DNA of 58,939 nucleotides. Origin: a bacterium (GTDB taxonomy: Bacteria; Bacillota_I; Bacilli_A; RF39; UBA660). Below, one piece after another: positions 1-10,740 of the stretch. Position 1 is the stretch's first letter. Each line of letters begins with the position of its first letter. The notes below the pieces were generated by a model. The model had not been told where the DNA came from. It searched no databases and saw only the letters and a list, made by a program, of their open reading frames with translations. Made by a program: the position numbers and the translations under genes. The DNA lies in contig RKAV01000041.1 in the NCBI GenBank assembly GCA_014846175.1, positions 1 through 58,939 of the forward strand. The letters run 5' to 3'.

Positions 1-419
1 ATCTTTATCTTATAAGTTAATGTTTTATTTTGATTAACTGATACTCCTGTAGTACTTGGGATAGTTGGACTATCAGAAGTGTAACCTATTTGAATAGTAT
101 TATCTGATAGATTATAGTAATAAATAGAGTTTTTAACTGTTCTATCATTAGTATTTGTTACTGTTAGAGTTATTGTATCACTATCTGTTGTTGGAGTGTA
201 TGTTAATACTCCTTGACCTGCAATAGTTACTGAGTTTGTTCCTATTGCTACAGTACCATATAAGTTACCTGTTACTACACTATATTTTTGTACTCCTTGT
301 ACTGTAAACCAAGCATAAGAGAAGTATCCTGCCATCATTAAAGCGCTTATTCCTAAGAGAATAAATATATAAGCTGTAGATATATTAGTAGTTGCTAACT
401 TCTTAAATAATCTTTTCAT
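1..419 (-). CDS. Secreted or membrane-anchored protein, N-terminal part only (gene runs off the left edge)
   Basis: Not in the ORF track. Minus-strand ATG at 419..417 follows an AAAGGGA RBS. Translation starts MKRLFKKLATTNISTAYIFILLGISALMMAGYFSYAWFTVQG: a basic n-region, a hydrophobic span and an AWFT motif reminiscent of SipW/TasA-type signals. A Thr/Ser/Asn-rich sequence follows and stays open to position 1. Confidence 0.55.
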   Translation of the reverse strand, partial: MKRLFKKLATTNISTAYIFILLGISALMMAGYFSYAWFTVQGVQKYSVVTGNLYGTVAIGTNSVTIAGQGVLTYTPTTDSDTITLTVTNTNDRTVKNSIYYYNLSDNTIQIGYTSDSPTIPSTTGVSVNQNKTLTYKIK

Positions 420-477
420 AAAATCATCCCTTTAGTATATAATATCACAAAAATGCCTGGTAAAAAATAAAAAAATA

Positions 478-1137
478 TTAACAGACTTCTATTAAATATT
501 TTTTATTCTTTTCTAATTCTTCTTTCTTTTCTTTTGATAAAGTATTATTTAATAATAAATTATTTATCTTTAATAATTCATTTCTATAGTATTTCTTTAT
601 AAGTTGATTATTCTTAGTCATTAGTATTGGACCTAGATATAGTTCTTTAGATGAATAGTTTATAGTTCCTTTAGAGAATAATAAAATATGATATATTTTA
701 TTATTCTCTTCTACTAATTCTTCATCTTTTAAATAATAACCTAACTTAGTAATAGTCTCTCTTACTTCCTTTACAAAGTTATTAGGTGATAAGATGATAG
801 TTTTAATATTAGTAAGATTAGATTTATTATCTATAAACATTTTATTTATAGTTAAACCACCCATCCCTGTTATAGTTATAGTATCTATTTTATCATTAAG
901 AGAATTAAGTCCATCTGCTTTTATTAGTTCTATTCTATTAGTTAATTTATAGTAGTTTATATTTTCTTTGGCTTGATTTAAAGGACCTGTTTTATTATCA
1001 GAAGCATAAACAAAAGGAAAGTTTTTATCTCTTAATAAGTAGATAGATAATTTTGCATGATCACACCCTATATCAAGAGGAATACTTCCCTTATCAATAT
1101 AATCTCCAACTAGTTTTAAACGTTTATTTATTTTCAT
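478..1137 (-). CDS. trmK: tRNA (adenine22-N1)-methyltransferase TrmK
   Basis: LDIGCDHAKLSIYLL SAM-methyltransferase motif. It sits immediately downstream of sigA, the conserved Firmicute dnaG-sigA-trmK order. Confidence 0.85.
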   Translation of the reverse strand: MKINKRLKLVGDYIDKGSIPLDIGCDHAKLSIYLLRDKNFPFVYASDNKTGPLNQAKENINYYKLTNRIELIKADGLNSLNDKIDTITITGMGGLTINKMFIDNKSNLTNIKTIILSPNNFVKEVRETITKLGYYLKDEELVEENNKIYHILLFSKGTINYSSKELYLGPILMTKNNQLIKKYYRNELLKINNLLLNNTLSKEKKEELEKNKKYLIEVC

Positions 1138-2231
1138 TAATCTGTTAAAAAATCCTTTAACTTACGTGATCTAGATGGATGTCTTAATTTTCTTAAAGCT
1201 TTTGCTTCTATTTGTCTAATTCTTTCTCTTGTAACACCAAATATTTGTCCTACTTCTTCAAGAGTTCTACATTGTCCATCATCTAGTCCAAAACGAAGTC
1301 TTAATACTTTTTCTTCCCTATCAGTTAATGTTAATAAAACTCCTGCTAGTTCTTCTTTTAATAATTCTTCAGTTGCATATTCTTCTGGACTAACAGTTCT
1401 CTCATCTCTTATAAAGTCTCCTAAATGAGAATCATCTTCTTCTCCAATTGGTGTTTCAAGTGAAACTGGATCTTGACTTATTTTATATACTTCTCTTACT
1501 TTATCAACTGAAATTCCTAATTTATTAGCTAATTCTTCATCAGTTGGTTCTCTATTTAAGTCTTGGGTTAGTTGACGTTGTACACGAGCAAGTTTATTAA
1601 TTGTTTCAACCATGTGTACAGGAACACGAATAGTTCTTGCTTGATCTGCTAATGCTCTTGTTATTGCTTGTCTAATCCACCAAGTTGCATAGGTTGAAAA
1701 CTTATACCCTTTTTCTGGATCAAACTTATCAACTGCTTTCATAAGTCCAATATTTCCTTCTTGAATAAGGTCTAGAAAAAGCATACCACGTCCAACATAA
1801 CGCTTAGCAATAGAAACAACTAGACGTAAGTTTGATTCTGCTAATATTCTTTTAGCTTCCTCATCACCTTCAAGGGCACGACGAGCATATTCAAATTCTT
1901 CATCAGAATTAAGTAGCGGTATTCTACCTATTTCTTTTAAATACATTCTAACTGGATCATTTATCTTAATATCTTTAGATAAAGTAATATTTTCAACTAA
2001 TGTATCTTCTGTTATTTCTTCACCACTTGCTTCTTCATCATTTGAATCTTCACTTACTATTTCAATACCAGCATCTACTAAGCTATTATATAAATCATCA
2101 AGACTATCACTATCTAGTTCTAATCCTTTTAATTCATTAGCCATTTCTTCATAAGTAATAAACCCCTTTGCACTACCCTTTTTTAAAAGACTTTCTTTTC
2201 TTTCTCCTATAGTTTTAATTTCATTTACCAT
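1137..2231 (-). CDS. sigA: Primary RNA polymerase sigma factor SigA/RpoD
   Basis: Regions 2-4 are recognisable ([44 protein letters not shown]). The likely start is the ATG at 2231 (MVNEIK) after a GGGGAG RBS, not the track start at 2246. Confidence 0.95.
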   Translation of the reverse strand: MVNEIKTIGERKESLLKKGSAKGFITYEEMANELKGLELDSDSLDDLYNSLVDAGIEIVSEDSNDEEASGEEITEDTLVENITLSKDIKINDPVRMYLKEIGRIPLLNSDEEFEYARRALEGDEEAKRILAESNLRLVVSIAKRYVGRGMLFLDLIQEGNIGLMKAVDKFDPEKGYKFSTYATWWIRQAITRALADQARTIRVPVHMVETINKLARVQRQLTQDLNREPTDEELANKLGISVDKVREVYKISQDPVSLETPIGEEDDSHLGDFIRDERTVSPEEYATEELLKEELAGVLLTLTDREEKVLRLRFGLDDGQCRTLEEVGQIFGVTRERIRQIEAKALRKLRHPSRSRKLKDFLTD

Positions 2232-3960
2232 TTTGTTTCTCCCCAATTCTTAATTTTCTTACCTCTTCTGCAATCTTTGCTTGTTCTAATGGATCAACAG
2301 TATCTATTAATTTCTTATTTAATCTTTTGATTTGTTGTTTTCTACTATAATCTAGAATAACACTTGTATAATCAGAAATATCTTTTTTACTTACTTCCTT
2401 TTTTAAAGGATAAGATCCAATTTGTGATAAGAGTTTCAATAATTCCTCATTTGTACCAAGATAAGTATAAAAGTCAGCCCAATTTATAAAACCATTAGTT
2501 CTATAATAAGCTACTATCTCACTTTCTAATAATCTTAATTTATCAGTAGGAAAAACCAAATGTGCTTCTTCCACTTCTTCTATTACCCAAGGTAAATCAA
2601 TCATATAGGAAAGTAGTGCATAACTAGCTTTTTGATACTTATCTAGTTTTTCAGTGGGTGTCTTAGTTTCCATAATCTTTAAAGATTTAATCTCTTTTTT
2701 GCCTCTTAATTCCTGAAAACTTTTTTCCAAGGTATTATACCCTATTTCAAAGTTTTTTGCAAGGTCTTTTAAGATTATTTCTATTCTTATTGGATCTTCT
2801 ATTTCTTTTGTTTCTTCTAAAACTTTATGAATGTAGTCTGCTTTTTCTTCACTACTAGCAAAATTAACCTTACTTTTTAATCTTTTAATCTTATAATCTT
2901 TAAAGTAAATAGCACTATTAATTAAACTTATAAAAGCATCTTTTCCCTTTGTTAAAAGAAAACTATCTGGATCATCTGCTTCTGGTAATTCTATTACTTT
3001 AACTTCTATTCCTGCTTCTTGAAATAAGTTTCCTGCTGATAATGTAGCTTTTTGTCCTGCTTCATCACCATCAAAACATAGAATTATATTTAATGATAAT
3101 CTTTTTATATTATTAATATGGTCTTTAGTAAGAGCTGTTCCCATAGTAGCAATTGTATTATCAAAACCAAAAATACTAGCTCTTATAACATCCATAAAGC
3201 CTTCCATAATAATGATATTCTTACTAACTCTTACTGCTTCTTTAGCGATATGATAGTGATATAATAGTTTCCCTTTTTTAAATATTTCTGTTTCTTTCGT
3301 ATTTAAATATTTATTTTGTTTCCCACTAGTAATAATTCTTCCACTAAATCCTATCACTCTACCATTTAAGTCATGTAAAGGAAACATCAATCTATTATGA
3401 TATAAATCATTATTACCACTGCTTAATCCTACTTGGTTAAGTAAGTCTATTTGATAACCTTTATTTATTAAAAGGTTAGTTAAATTATTATTATCTAGTG
3501 ACCACCCAAGTTCAAACTTCTTAATAGTTTCTTCATCTATATTTCTATTTTCTAAATATTTTCTAGCATCTTTACCCATCGTACTCATCAAGTTATTCTG
3601 ATAATATTTTAAAGCTAGATTATATATTAGATACCATTTATCATATTTAGTTACTTTCTTTTCTTCATGATAACCTACTAAAGGAATACCTACTCTATCT
3701 GCTAATTCTTTTAATACTTCTCTAAATTCTTTATGTTCATAATCCATTAAAAAGTTAAAAACATTACCAGTAGCATGACAAGAAAAACAAGTATATATTT
3801 GTTTTTCTCTTGATACACTCATAGAAGGGTTAGTATCATCATGAAAAGGACATACACCAAAGTAGTTTTTACCACGAGCAACAAGAGGGATTTTTTCACT
3901 AATGATATCAACTATATCATTCTTTTGTCTAATTTCTTTTATGATATCTTGTTGATTCAT
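2221..3960 (-). CDS. dnaG: DNA primase DnaG
   Basis: N-terminal zinc finger [13 protein letters not shown]...CFSCH, a TOPRIM region ([16 protein letters not shown]), and synteny with sigA. Confidence 0.95.
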   Translation of the reverse strand: MNQQDIIKEIRQKNDIVDIISEKIPLVARGKNYFGVCPFHDDTNPSMSVSREKQIYTCFSCHATGNVFNFLMDYEHKEFREVLKELADRVGIPLVGYHEEKKVTKYDKWYLIYNLALKYYQNNLMSTMGKDARKYLENRNIDEETIKKFELGWSLDNNNLTNLLINKGYQIDLLNQVGLSSGNNDLYHNRLMFPLHDLNGRVIGFSGRIITSGKQNKYLNTKETEIFKKGKLLYHYHIAKEAVRVSKNIIIMEGFMDVIRASIFGFDNTIATMGTALTKDHINNIKRLSLNIILCFDGDEAGQKATLSAGNLFQEAGIEVKVIELPEADDPDSFLLTKGKDAFISLINSAIYFKDYKIKRLKSKVNFASSEEKADYIHKVLEETKEIEDPIRIEIILKDLAKNFEIGYNTLEKSFQELRGKKEIKSLKIMETKTPTEKLDKYQKASYALLSYMIDLPWVIEEVEEAHLVFPTDKLRLLESEIVAYYRTNGFINWADFYTYLGTNEELLKLLSQIGSYPLKKEVSKKDISDYTSVILDYSRKQQIKRLNKKLIDTVDPLEQAKIAEEVRKLRIGEKQNGK

Positions 3961-3975
3961 TATTATCCCTCCCTT

Positions 3976-4983
3976 CTATATTAAATTTTTTCTTGTATAA
4001 CTTGTAACATTTGGATAAGTATAAATATCAACAGTTCCTTGATTAACCATCTTGATAAATCCTAATCCATTAATACATAAATCTTCATCATATTTTATTT
4101 GATGCGTAGTCTTTCCCATCTCTTCTTTTAAATCCATTCTTTTACTAGCTATCTTTTTAATTTTTAAATCATTAGACATGTAAAAAGTAAAACTATTTTT
4201 TTCTCCACTTGTATAATCAATTCTTAATAAGTTATCTACTAAAATACTTTGACCTTTCTTAACTTGATAAGTCTTAGGTTTAATCTCTTTTCTAGGACTT
4301 ATTTTCTTTAAAACATTTTTATCAACTACATTAACTATACTACCCTTATCTACTAACCCTGGTGTATCTATTAAGGTTAGATAATCATTAAGTTCTATTC
4401 TAACTGTACTTAAAGTAGTAGCAGGCAGTGGTGAAATAGTTAATTCTTCAGTATTATCTGAATAATTAGAAATTAATTTATTAATTAAGGTACTCTTACC
4501 AGCATTAGTATGCCCTACTACATATACATCTTTACTTGTTTGATATAATTTAATTTGTTTTAATAAATAATCAATATTTTGATTTTTTTCTACACTGATA
4601 ACTATTATTTTTTCAAAAGGTATACCCATATTATTAAAGTAATCAAGTATTTTATTTTCTTTAACTGACTTTGGTAAAACATCTTTTTTATTTAAGACTA
4701 ATATCATTTTATTAGGAATATATTTTCTAATCTCTTCAAAGTCTTTTTCTATATTTAGTAAATCTGCTATATATAGAACTAAGTCTTTAGTCTCTCCTAC
4801 TTTTTTTAATATATCTATATATTCATCATTACTTTTAGTAACTACTTGATAATCACCATAATTCTTTATTCTAAAGCATCTTTGACAATAGTCTTGATCT
4901 AAATTAACACTATAACCTTCTTGTAGAACATTCTCATCTTGCAGTTTAACCCCACAACCTTTACAGTATTTTTCATCATTCAT
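3976..4983 (-). CDS. yqeH: Ribosome biogenesis GTPase YqeH (circularly permuted)
   Basis: CKGCG...CQRC zinc finger. G4 (NKKD) precedes G1 (GHTNAGKS) and DTPG. Overlaps yqeG. Confidence 0.9.
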   Translation of the reverse strand: MNDEKYCKGCGVKLQDENVLQEGYSVNLDQDYCQRCFRIKNYGDYQVVTKSNDEYIDILKKVGETKDLVLYIADLLNIEKDFEEIRKYIPNKMILVLNKKDVLPKSVKENKILDYFNNMGIPFEKIIVISVEKNQNIDYLLKQIKLYQTSKDVYVVGHTNAGKSTLINKLISNYSDNTEELTISPLPATTLSTVRIELNDYLTLIDTPGLVDKGSIVNVVDKNVLKKISPRKEIKPKTYQVKKGQSILVDNLLRIDYTSGEKNSFTFYMSNDLKIKKIASKRMDLKEEMGKTTHQIKYDEDLCINGLGFIKMVNQGTVDIYTYPNVTSYTRKNLI

Positions 4984-5500
4984 AATAGTATTTTCCTTTC
5001 TCTAATATTTTATATTCAGCCATTTTTTTCAGTATTCTTTTTTCTAAAAATCTATTAATACTAGTTATTTTAAATTCTTTATTAGATATTTTATCTACTA
5101 GTATTGTTTTTATATTTAGTTTTTTTGCTAATAACATATCAGTCATATACTGATCTCCTATTAAGAATACATTTTCTTTTGTTAAGTTATTTTCTTTAAG
5201 TAATTTTTTCATCTTTCTAGTATTTGGTTTTAATGCTAAGTAATAGTATTTAATACCTAACTTATCTCCAAACTGTTTAACTCTTTTTTTAGGACTATTA
5301 GAAAGAATAAAAAGATTAAAGTCTTTTTCTAAAGTCTTAAAGTATTTAATTACTTGCTCATTTGGATAATTTTCAGTGGTCATTGCTATTGTATTATCAA
5401 GATCAAATACTAAGGCTTTCACCCCTTGTTTCTTTAGTTTTAAAACAGGTATTTGATAAATATCTTTTATATAGATGTTAGGTCTATAATATTTTTTCAT
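4976..5500 (-). CDS. yqeG: YqeG-family HAD-IIIA phosphatase
   Basis: FDLDNT HAD motif I, GDQYMTD motif, and yqeG-yqeH synteny. Confidence 0.8.
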   Translation of the reverse strand: MKKYYRPNIYIKDIYQIPVLKLKKQGVKALVFDLDNTIAMTTENYPNEQVIKYFKTLEKDFNLFILSNSPKKRVKQFGDKLGIKYYYLALKPNTRKMKKLLKENNLTKENVFLIGDQYMTDMLLAKKLNIKTILVDKISNKEFKITSINRFLEKRILKKMAEYKILEKGKYYYE

Positions 5501-5510
5501 CTATTCACCT

Positions 5511-6911
5511 CTAATTATTAACTCTTTGTTTTATCATTTTAGTTCCTGGTGTTATCTTATCAAAATGATAACCATGTTCTTTACCATATTTAATAATTTG
5601 TCTTAAAGCATCTCTTGTATATGGTTTTATATCATGCATTAATACCATATTAGTTCTATCTTTTGATAAATTTCTTGTAACTTGATTTATAATACTTCCT
5701 GAATCTTTATATTCACCTGCATCACCACTAGATATATTCCAATCATAGTAGTAATATCCTTTTTCTATTACTTCGTTAGTTAAAGTAGACATTATTCCTT
5801 CTTGATAGTGTCTACTAATAGTATTACTACTACCTCCTGGGAATCTAATAATTCTACTATCATAACCAGTAATAGCTGCTACTCTATCATGAACTTTAGT
5901 TAAATCATTAAAATAAGCATCTACTGATTGATAGACTGTCTTATAATCATGAGAAAAAGTATGTAATGCCACCGTATGTCCTTCATCATATTCTCTTTTG
6001 ATTAAATCATCTGGTCCATTACCAGTTACAAAGAAAGTAGCTTTTACATTTTCTTCTTTTAAAATATCTAAAATAACATTAGTAGTACCATAATGTGGTC
6101 CATCATCAAAGGTTAAATAGATAGTACCTGGACTATCTCTTCTTACCATTTTAACTGTTCTTTTAGTTTCTGTTTTATTATGAAATTTATCTTCTACTGT
6201 ATAAGTTATTACTTGATCACTACTACTATTAGTATCAATACTACCACTAGTTATAACCATTCCTGTTATATCACCATCACAATTATCAATTGCTTTAAAC
6301 CCTGGTTCAACATAAGGTTCTCCTATATAGGAAAATACTATATCTCCACCAGTTAACTCAATCTTTGGAGCTTCCTTATCTCCTATTTCTATAGTTCTTT
6401 TAACACTAGTCTTATTATGAGCCTTATCTTCTACTTCATAAGTAATAGTATCTTTATCTTTTACTACTTTTACTTTCTTAGTTAAATCACCATCTATATT
6501 ATCAATCGCTTTATACCCTAATTCTTTATATTTACTATTAGGGCAAATATAAGTTTTTTTATCTCCTTCTAAAGTAATAACAGGGCTTTCTAAATCTTTA
6601 ACTTCTACTTTTCTTTTAGTACTAACAGTAATAAAAGGTCCTTTTACTTTATAAGTTAAGTAATATATACCATCTTTTTTATTATTAATCTTACCGGTTA
6701 CTTTTACTTTATCAGTTAAGTTATCAAAAATATAATTAGCTTGATATCCTGGTTCTTTATATTCACTATTTATATTTAACATAACAGTTGTTTTACCTTT
6801 TAGATTGATTCTTGGAATCAATAGAAAAAAGATAGAGATTATAACTACCAACATTATAAGAATGATAAGAACTATTTTTCGTTTCCAATTTGATTTATTA
6901 ACTTTTTCCAT
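5511..6911 (-). CDS. Membrane-anchored polysaccharide (NodB-type) deacetylase with three Ig-like repeats
   Basis: N-terminal TM segment and three (E/K)PG(Y/F)(K/Q)A..D..DGD repeats. The C-terminal NodB motifs are TFDDGP and HTFSH. Confidence 0.8.
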   Translation of the reverse strand: MEKVNKSNWKRKIVLIILIMLVVIISIFFLLIPRINLKGKTTVMLNINSEYKEPGYQANYIFDNLTDKVKVTGKINNKKDGIYYLTYKVKGPFITVSTKRKVEVKDLESPVITLEGDKKTYICPNSKYKELGYKAIDNIDGDLTKKVKVVKDKDTITYEVEDKAHNKTSVKRTIEIGDKEAPKIELTGGDIVFSYIGEPYVEPGFKAIDNCDGDITGMVITSGSIDTNSSSDQVITYTVEDKFHNKTETKRTVKMVRRDSPGTIYLTFDDGPHYGTTNVILDILKEENVKATFFVTGNGPDDLIKREYDEGHTVALHTFSHDYKTVYQSVDAYFNDLTKVHDRVAAITGYDSRIIRFPGGSSNTISRHYQEGIMSTLTNEVIEKGYYYYDWNISSGDAGEYKDSGSIINQVTRNLSKDRTNMVLMHDIKPYTRDALRQIIKYGKEHGYHFDKITPGTKMIKQRVNN

Positions 6912-7018
6912 AGTGCCTCTTTCCAGTTACTATATTATAACATAACTAATATTTTTTTAAAACAATAAACTTCACTAATTATTATACCACAGTAGTATAA
7001 GTTTTAAACCAAGATAAA

Positions 7019-7046
7019 AGTTCTTCTAACAAGTATTAGAAGAACT
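7019..7046 (-). terminator. Rho-independent terminator after the 104-aa membrane protein gene
   Basis: 11-bp stem AGTTCTTCTAA/TTAGAAGAACT with a 6-nt loop. It is followed on the minus strand by TTTTATCTT. Confidence 0.5.
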
Positions 7047-7052
7047 TCTAGT

Positions 7053-7367
7053 TTAGTTCTTTTTATTCTTGATTAACTTAATAACTTCACTATAGTTAAT
7101 AACTGCAACTACAATTAATGATACTTGTAAAATTAAAACTATTATAGCAAATATACTTCCATCTTTTAAAGAATTGATTAAATAATTTAATTCATTAACA
7201 TTTAATCTTCTTGCTAAAAATATAATTGAAGTTATTACTACTAATAGTATATAAACTAAACTACTAATACACTTCTTCCACTTTTTTGCTCTAAAAAACT
7301 TATAACATGTAACACAAACTATTGCTACTAATAAACATAAAACTACTAAATATATAAAATTAACCAT
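7053..7367 (-). CDS. Small integral membrane protein (3 predicted TM segments)
   Basis: Hydrophobic segments in the translation. Tightly packed 9 nt downstream of ldh. Confidence 0.5.
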   Translation of the reverse strand: MVNFIYLVVLCLLVAIVCVTCYKFFRAKKWKKCISSLVYILLVVITSIIFLARRLNVNELNYLINSLKDGSIFAIIVLILQVSLIVVAVINYSEVIKLIKNKKN

Positions 7368-7376
7368 AATTTCCTC

Positions 7377-8294
7377 CTAATACAACTCTGGTGGTAATAC
7401 TTCATCTACTGCTTCTTTTAAGACTTTAGTAACCATTACTAATTGTTTTTCTTCTTCTTCATTTAATTTAACTGGTATTTGTTTTATGATACCCTCTTTT
7501 CCAATAACTACTGGGGTGGAAAAGTATAAATCATAATCACTTTGATAATTAGAAACAGAATAAATTTTCTTTTCATCATTTAATATAACTTTAGTTAGTT
7601 CTAAAAGACAACAACTAACACCATGTGATGTATAACCTTTAGCATTTACTATCATACCACCCATTTTCTTAGTAATAGAGGAAAACTCATCTTTCTCTTC
7701 TTTAGTTAAGTAATTCTTTAAAGATGACATAGCAATATTAGCATTATTATAATAAACAAATTGACTATTTCCATGTTCTCCTAATACATAAAGGTTAATA
7801 TCATTACTAGAAATATTTATCTTTTTACTAATTAAACTTTTTAATCTAATAGTATCTAACATAGTACCCGTACCAATTACTTTTTGATAAGGATAAGATA
7901 AATAAGTAGCTGTTAACTGACTTATCACATCTACTGGATTAGTAGCTACTAAGATAATACCATTAAATGAAGTATTAGCAATAGAATCAGTTACTTCTTT
8001 AACCATTTTACTAGCACCAGCTAAATCTTCTAACCTACTTTTCTTACTTTGGGGAAGTCCAAGTGTTAAGACACATATATCAGCATCATTTAAAGCTTGA
8101 TAATTTCCTATCTTAATTGTTAATGATGAATCTATTAAAGTCATTCCTTGTTCTAAATCAAGTATTTCTCCTTTTAATTTTTCTATATCTTTATCAATTA
8201 ATACTACTTCCCCACTAATAGATTTATCAAATACTAACTTTTCTAAATAAGATAATCCAACATGTCCTAACCCTATAATCACAATCTTAGCCAT
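7377..8294 (-). CDS. ldh: L-lactate (L-2-hydroxyacid) dehydrogenase family
   Basis: N-terminal GLGHVG Rossmann motif, PQSKKSRLEDL substrate loop with Gln/Arg, and catalytic GEHGNSQ. Confidence 0.8.
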   Translation of the reverse strand: MAKIVIIGLGHVGLSYLEKLVFDKSISGEVVLIDKDIEKLKGEILDLEQGMTLIDSSLTIKIGNYQALNDADICVLTLGLPQSKKSRLEDLAGASKMVKEVTDSIANTSFNGIILVATNPVDVISQLTATYLSYPYQKVIGTGTMLDTIRLKSLISKKINISSNDINLYVLGEHGNSQFVYYNNANIAMSSLKNYLTKEEKDEFSSITKKMGGMIVNAKGYTSHGVSCCLLELTKVILNDEKKIYSVSNYQSDYDLYFSTPVVIGKEGIIKQIPVKLNEEEEKQLVMVTKVLKEAVDEVLPPELY

Positions 8295-8297
8295 TTT

Positions 8298-9581
8298 TTA
8301 TTCTTCCTTTCTAAATACTTTTATAAATCTAGTCCATACCTTTTCATTAGAATAATTTAAAATACCTACTTTATATACTTTCATACCATATTTAATTAAT
8401 AAATATAAAAGACCAATTAATAAGATAATAGCTATTGATATATCTAATATACTTATCTCTCCCATTATATATAAAGTTGGTGCTAAAAGGCAAGATATTA
8501 ATGGTAGATAAGCTACTATTTTTAAGAAAGTACTACCTTGAAACATACCAGCCATAATTGCTAAATAATAACCTGCTAAAAGAATAAAAACAATAGGAGT
8601 TTGTAACTGTTGAAAGTCTTCGATATTAGTAGTCATGGAAGCAAGTATTCCAGCAAGTAATGAATATGCTAAGAATGATAATATGATAAGTACTAATAAG
8701 AATGGTAGTAATGATACTATATCGTTAATTAAACCACTAGTAGATAGACTATTCCAAATACTAGTTATCTCACTAGGTATATTTAAACTTCCATTTCTAC
8801 TACTAATAAGGAATGCTATTAAACCATAGAGAAATAGTAATAAAGCTTGTAATAAAACAAATAAGTTATTAGCTATTATCTTAGCTAAAAGATGTACTTT
8901 AGGACTTACATTAGAAATAATTATTTCCATACTTTTAGTTGTTTTCTCTTCACATATTTCCCCACCTACCATCTGTACTAGAAAAACAATTAACATAAAG
9001 AATGGTAGTATTAAACTAGGAAAAACTGTACTCATTAATAAACTCATATTCTCATCTTGATTATTCTTATCACTTAAAACTTCTCTTTTAATATCTATAT
9101 TAGTAGATAGTAAATCTAATGTATTGGCATCTAGATTTAATTTTTCTATAAGTACTTGTTGTTTAGTAGTATTTAATCCTTGATAAATAACTTGATATAC
9201 ACTACTATCTATCTTTTTATTACTAGTAACTTTAGCTTTTAATAAGTTATCAGTAAGATTAAGACTGATAAGTATCTCATCATCTTTTAGTTTTTTCTTT
9301 TCTTTATTAATACTATTTACTACTATTTTTTTATCTTCTAATGCAAAAGTATTAATATTATTTTTTAAATAAGGATAAGAGATATTAGTCTTATCATAAA
9401 CAAGTACTTTTAATGGTTTATCAAATTCTCCTCCAAAGAAAGTTATAATTGAGTTTAGATTAAATAGAGCAAATAAAGCAAGAGCAAGTATTATATTGAT
9501 AACAATAAACCATTTAGATTTTAACTTTTTATTAAAACTTATCTTCATAAGGTAGAAAAACTTTCTAGTCATTATTAGCAC
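8298..9581 (-). CDS. ABC-2 type transporter permease (NatB-like)
   Basis: An N-terminal TM segment, a large extracytoplasmic loop and a C-terminal 5-TM bundle. Overlaps the upstream ATPase gene by 17 nt. Confidence 0.75.
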   Translation of the reverse strand: MLIMTRKFFYLMKISFNKKLKSKWFIVINIILALALFALFNLNSIITFFGGEFDKPLKVLVYDKTNISYPYLKNNINTFALEDKKIVVNSINKEKKKLKDDEILISLNLTDNLLKAKVTSNKKIDSSVYQVIYQGLNTTKQQVLIEKLNLDANTLDLLSTNIDIKREVLSDKNNQDENMSLLMSTVFPSLILPFFMLIVFLVQMVGGEICEEKTTKSMEIIISNVSPKVHLLAKIIANNLFVLLQALLLFLYGLIAFLISSRNGSLNIPSEITSIWNSLSTSGLINDIVSLLPFLLVLIILSFLAYSLLAGILASMTTNIEDFQQLQTPIVFILLAGYYLAIMAGMFQGSTFLKIVAYLPLISCLLAPTLYIMGEISILDISIAIILLIGLLYLLIKYGMKVYKVGILNYSNEKVWTRFIKVFRKEE

Positions 9582-10461
9582 CTACTTTCTCAATAAATAT
9601 TTCATTTAAAGTTGGTTCTATTACATCATACTTAGTAATATTATAGTCTTTTACTATTTTGAATATTGAATTTGCTATATCTAAACTTTTTATTTTTACT
9701 AAGTATTCTCCTCTATATTCTTCTAAAGAAATAACACCTTTTAGTTTTCTTATTTTATCAAGAGGAAGATTATCTCCCCTAAGTAAGATATTTTTCTTTT
9801 GATATTCATTCTTTATATCTTTTAAGTAACCTGATACTACCACTTTACCATGTGATAAGATAATAAGTTTTTCACAAAAGTCTTCTATTTGTTCCATTTG
9901 ATGAGAGGAGAAGATAATGGAAGAACCGTTACTTTGTAATTCTTTAATTGCTTTTTTTAAAAGTTCAACATTAATAGGATCAAGACCAGAAAATGGTTCA
10001 TCTAATATTAATAATTTAGGTTTATTAATAACTGCTGCAATAAATTGAATCTTTTGTTGATTACCTTTTGACAATTCTTTTATCTTTCTATTTTCATAGT
10101 CTGGTATTTGTAGTTTCTTTAACCATTTACGCATTTCTTTTATAATAGCTTCTTCTTCCATTCCTTTTAAGACACCATAAAGTAATATTTGGTCTTTAAC
10201 TGTCATCTTAGTAAGTAAACTTCTTTCTTCAGTAACATAACCTATTTTATCTGTTACGTTATAATCTATTGTTTTACCATCTAAAGTAACGCTACCACTA
10301 CTAGCATTAATAAGTCCTAAGATAATTCTAAAGGTAGTAGTTTTACCTGCTCCATTTTCTCCTAATAAACCAAATATTTCTCCTTTATCTACGTTAAATG
10401 ATAAGTTATCAACTGCTTTTAGTTTATTATAATACTTAGTAATATTCTCTACTTTTAACAT
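9565..10461 (-). CDS. ABC transporter ATP-binding protein (NatA-like)
   Basis: Walker A GENGAGKTT, signature LSKGNQQK, Walker B LLILDEP. Confidence 0.9.
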   Translation of the reverse strand: MLKVENITKYYNKLKAVDNLSFNVDKGEIFGLLGENGAGKTTTFRIILGLINASSGSVTLDGKTIDYNVTDKIGYVTEERSLLTKMTVKDQILLYGVLKGMEEEAIIKEMRKWLKKLQIPDYENRKIKELSKGNQQKIQFIAAVINKPKLLILDEPFSGLDPINVELLKKAIKELQSNGSSIIFSSHQMEQIEDFCEKLIILSHGKVVVSGYLKDIKNEYQKKNILLRGDNLPLDKIRKLKGVISLEEYRGEYLVKIKSLDIANSIFKIVKDYNITKYDVIEPTLNEIFIEKVGANND

Positions 10462-10553
10462 GTTTTTTTCTCCTTTACTAAAGTATAATTTATAAAATTA
10501 AAAATGTCTACCGCTCACATAAATAATTTTTTAATAAATTTTACAAAAAACAA

Positions 10554-10582
10554 TTGACAAACTGTCCTTTTATGGGTATTAT
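10554..10582 (+). promoter_or_regulatory. Candidate sigma-A promoter TTGACA-17-TATTAT with no plus-strand CDS downstream
   Basis: TTGACA at 10554..10559, exactly 17 nt of spacer, TATTAT at 10577..10582. Confidence 0.4.
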
Positions 10583-10589
10583 AAAAATC

Positions 10590-10688
10590 ACCAATTCGGA
10601 ATTAGGCGAATTGGTAGCTAGTATCACACTAGCCAACCCCTTTTTATTCTTTTTGGAAGTTAATAAAATAACTTCCTATTTTTTTTGC
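10590..10688 (+). ncRNA. Candidate ~100-nt small RNA (unclassified)
   Basis: It lies downstream of the promoter above. Hairpin CCAATTCG/CGAATTGG spans 10591..10614 and hairpin GCTAG/CTAGC spans 10617..10633. A CCCC/U-rich linker leads to GGAAGTTA/TAACTTCC (10655..10676), followed by TATTTTTTTT. Confidence 0.3.
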
Positions 10689-10689
10689 A

Positions 10690-10712
10690 CCAAAAAGAGA
10701 CCTAACGTCTCT
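10690..10712 (-). terminator. Terminator of the pyruvate:ferredoxin oxidoreductase gene
   Basis: The minus strand reads AGAGAC-GTTAG-GTCTCT followed by TTTTT. Confidence 0.6.
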
Positions 10713-10740
10713 AATTTAATAACCAATCAATAATATTATT

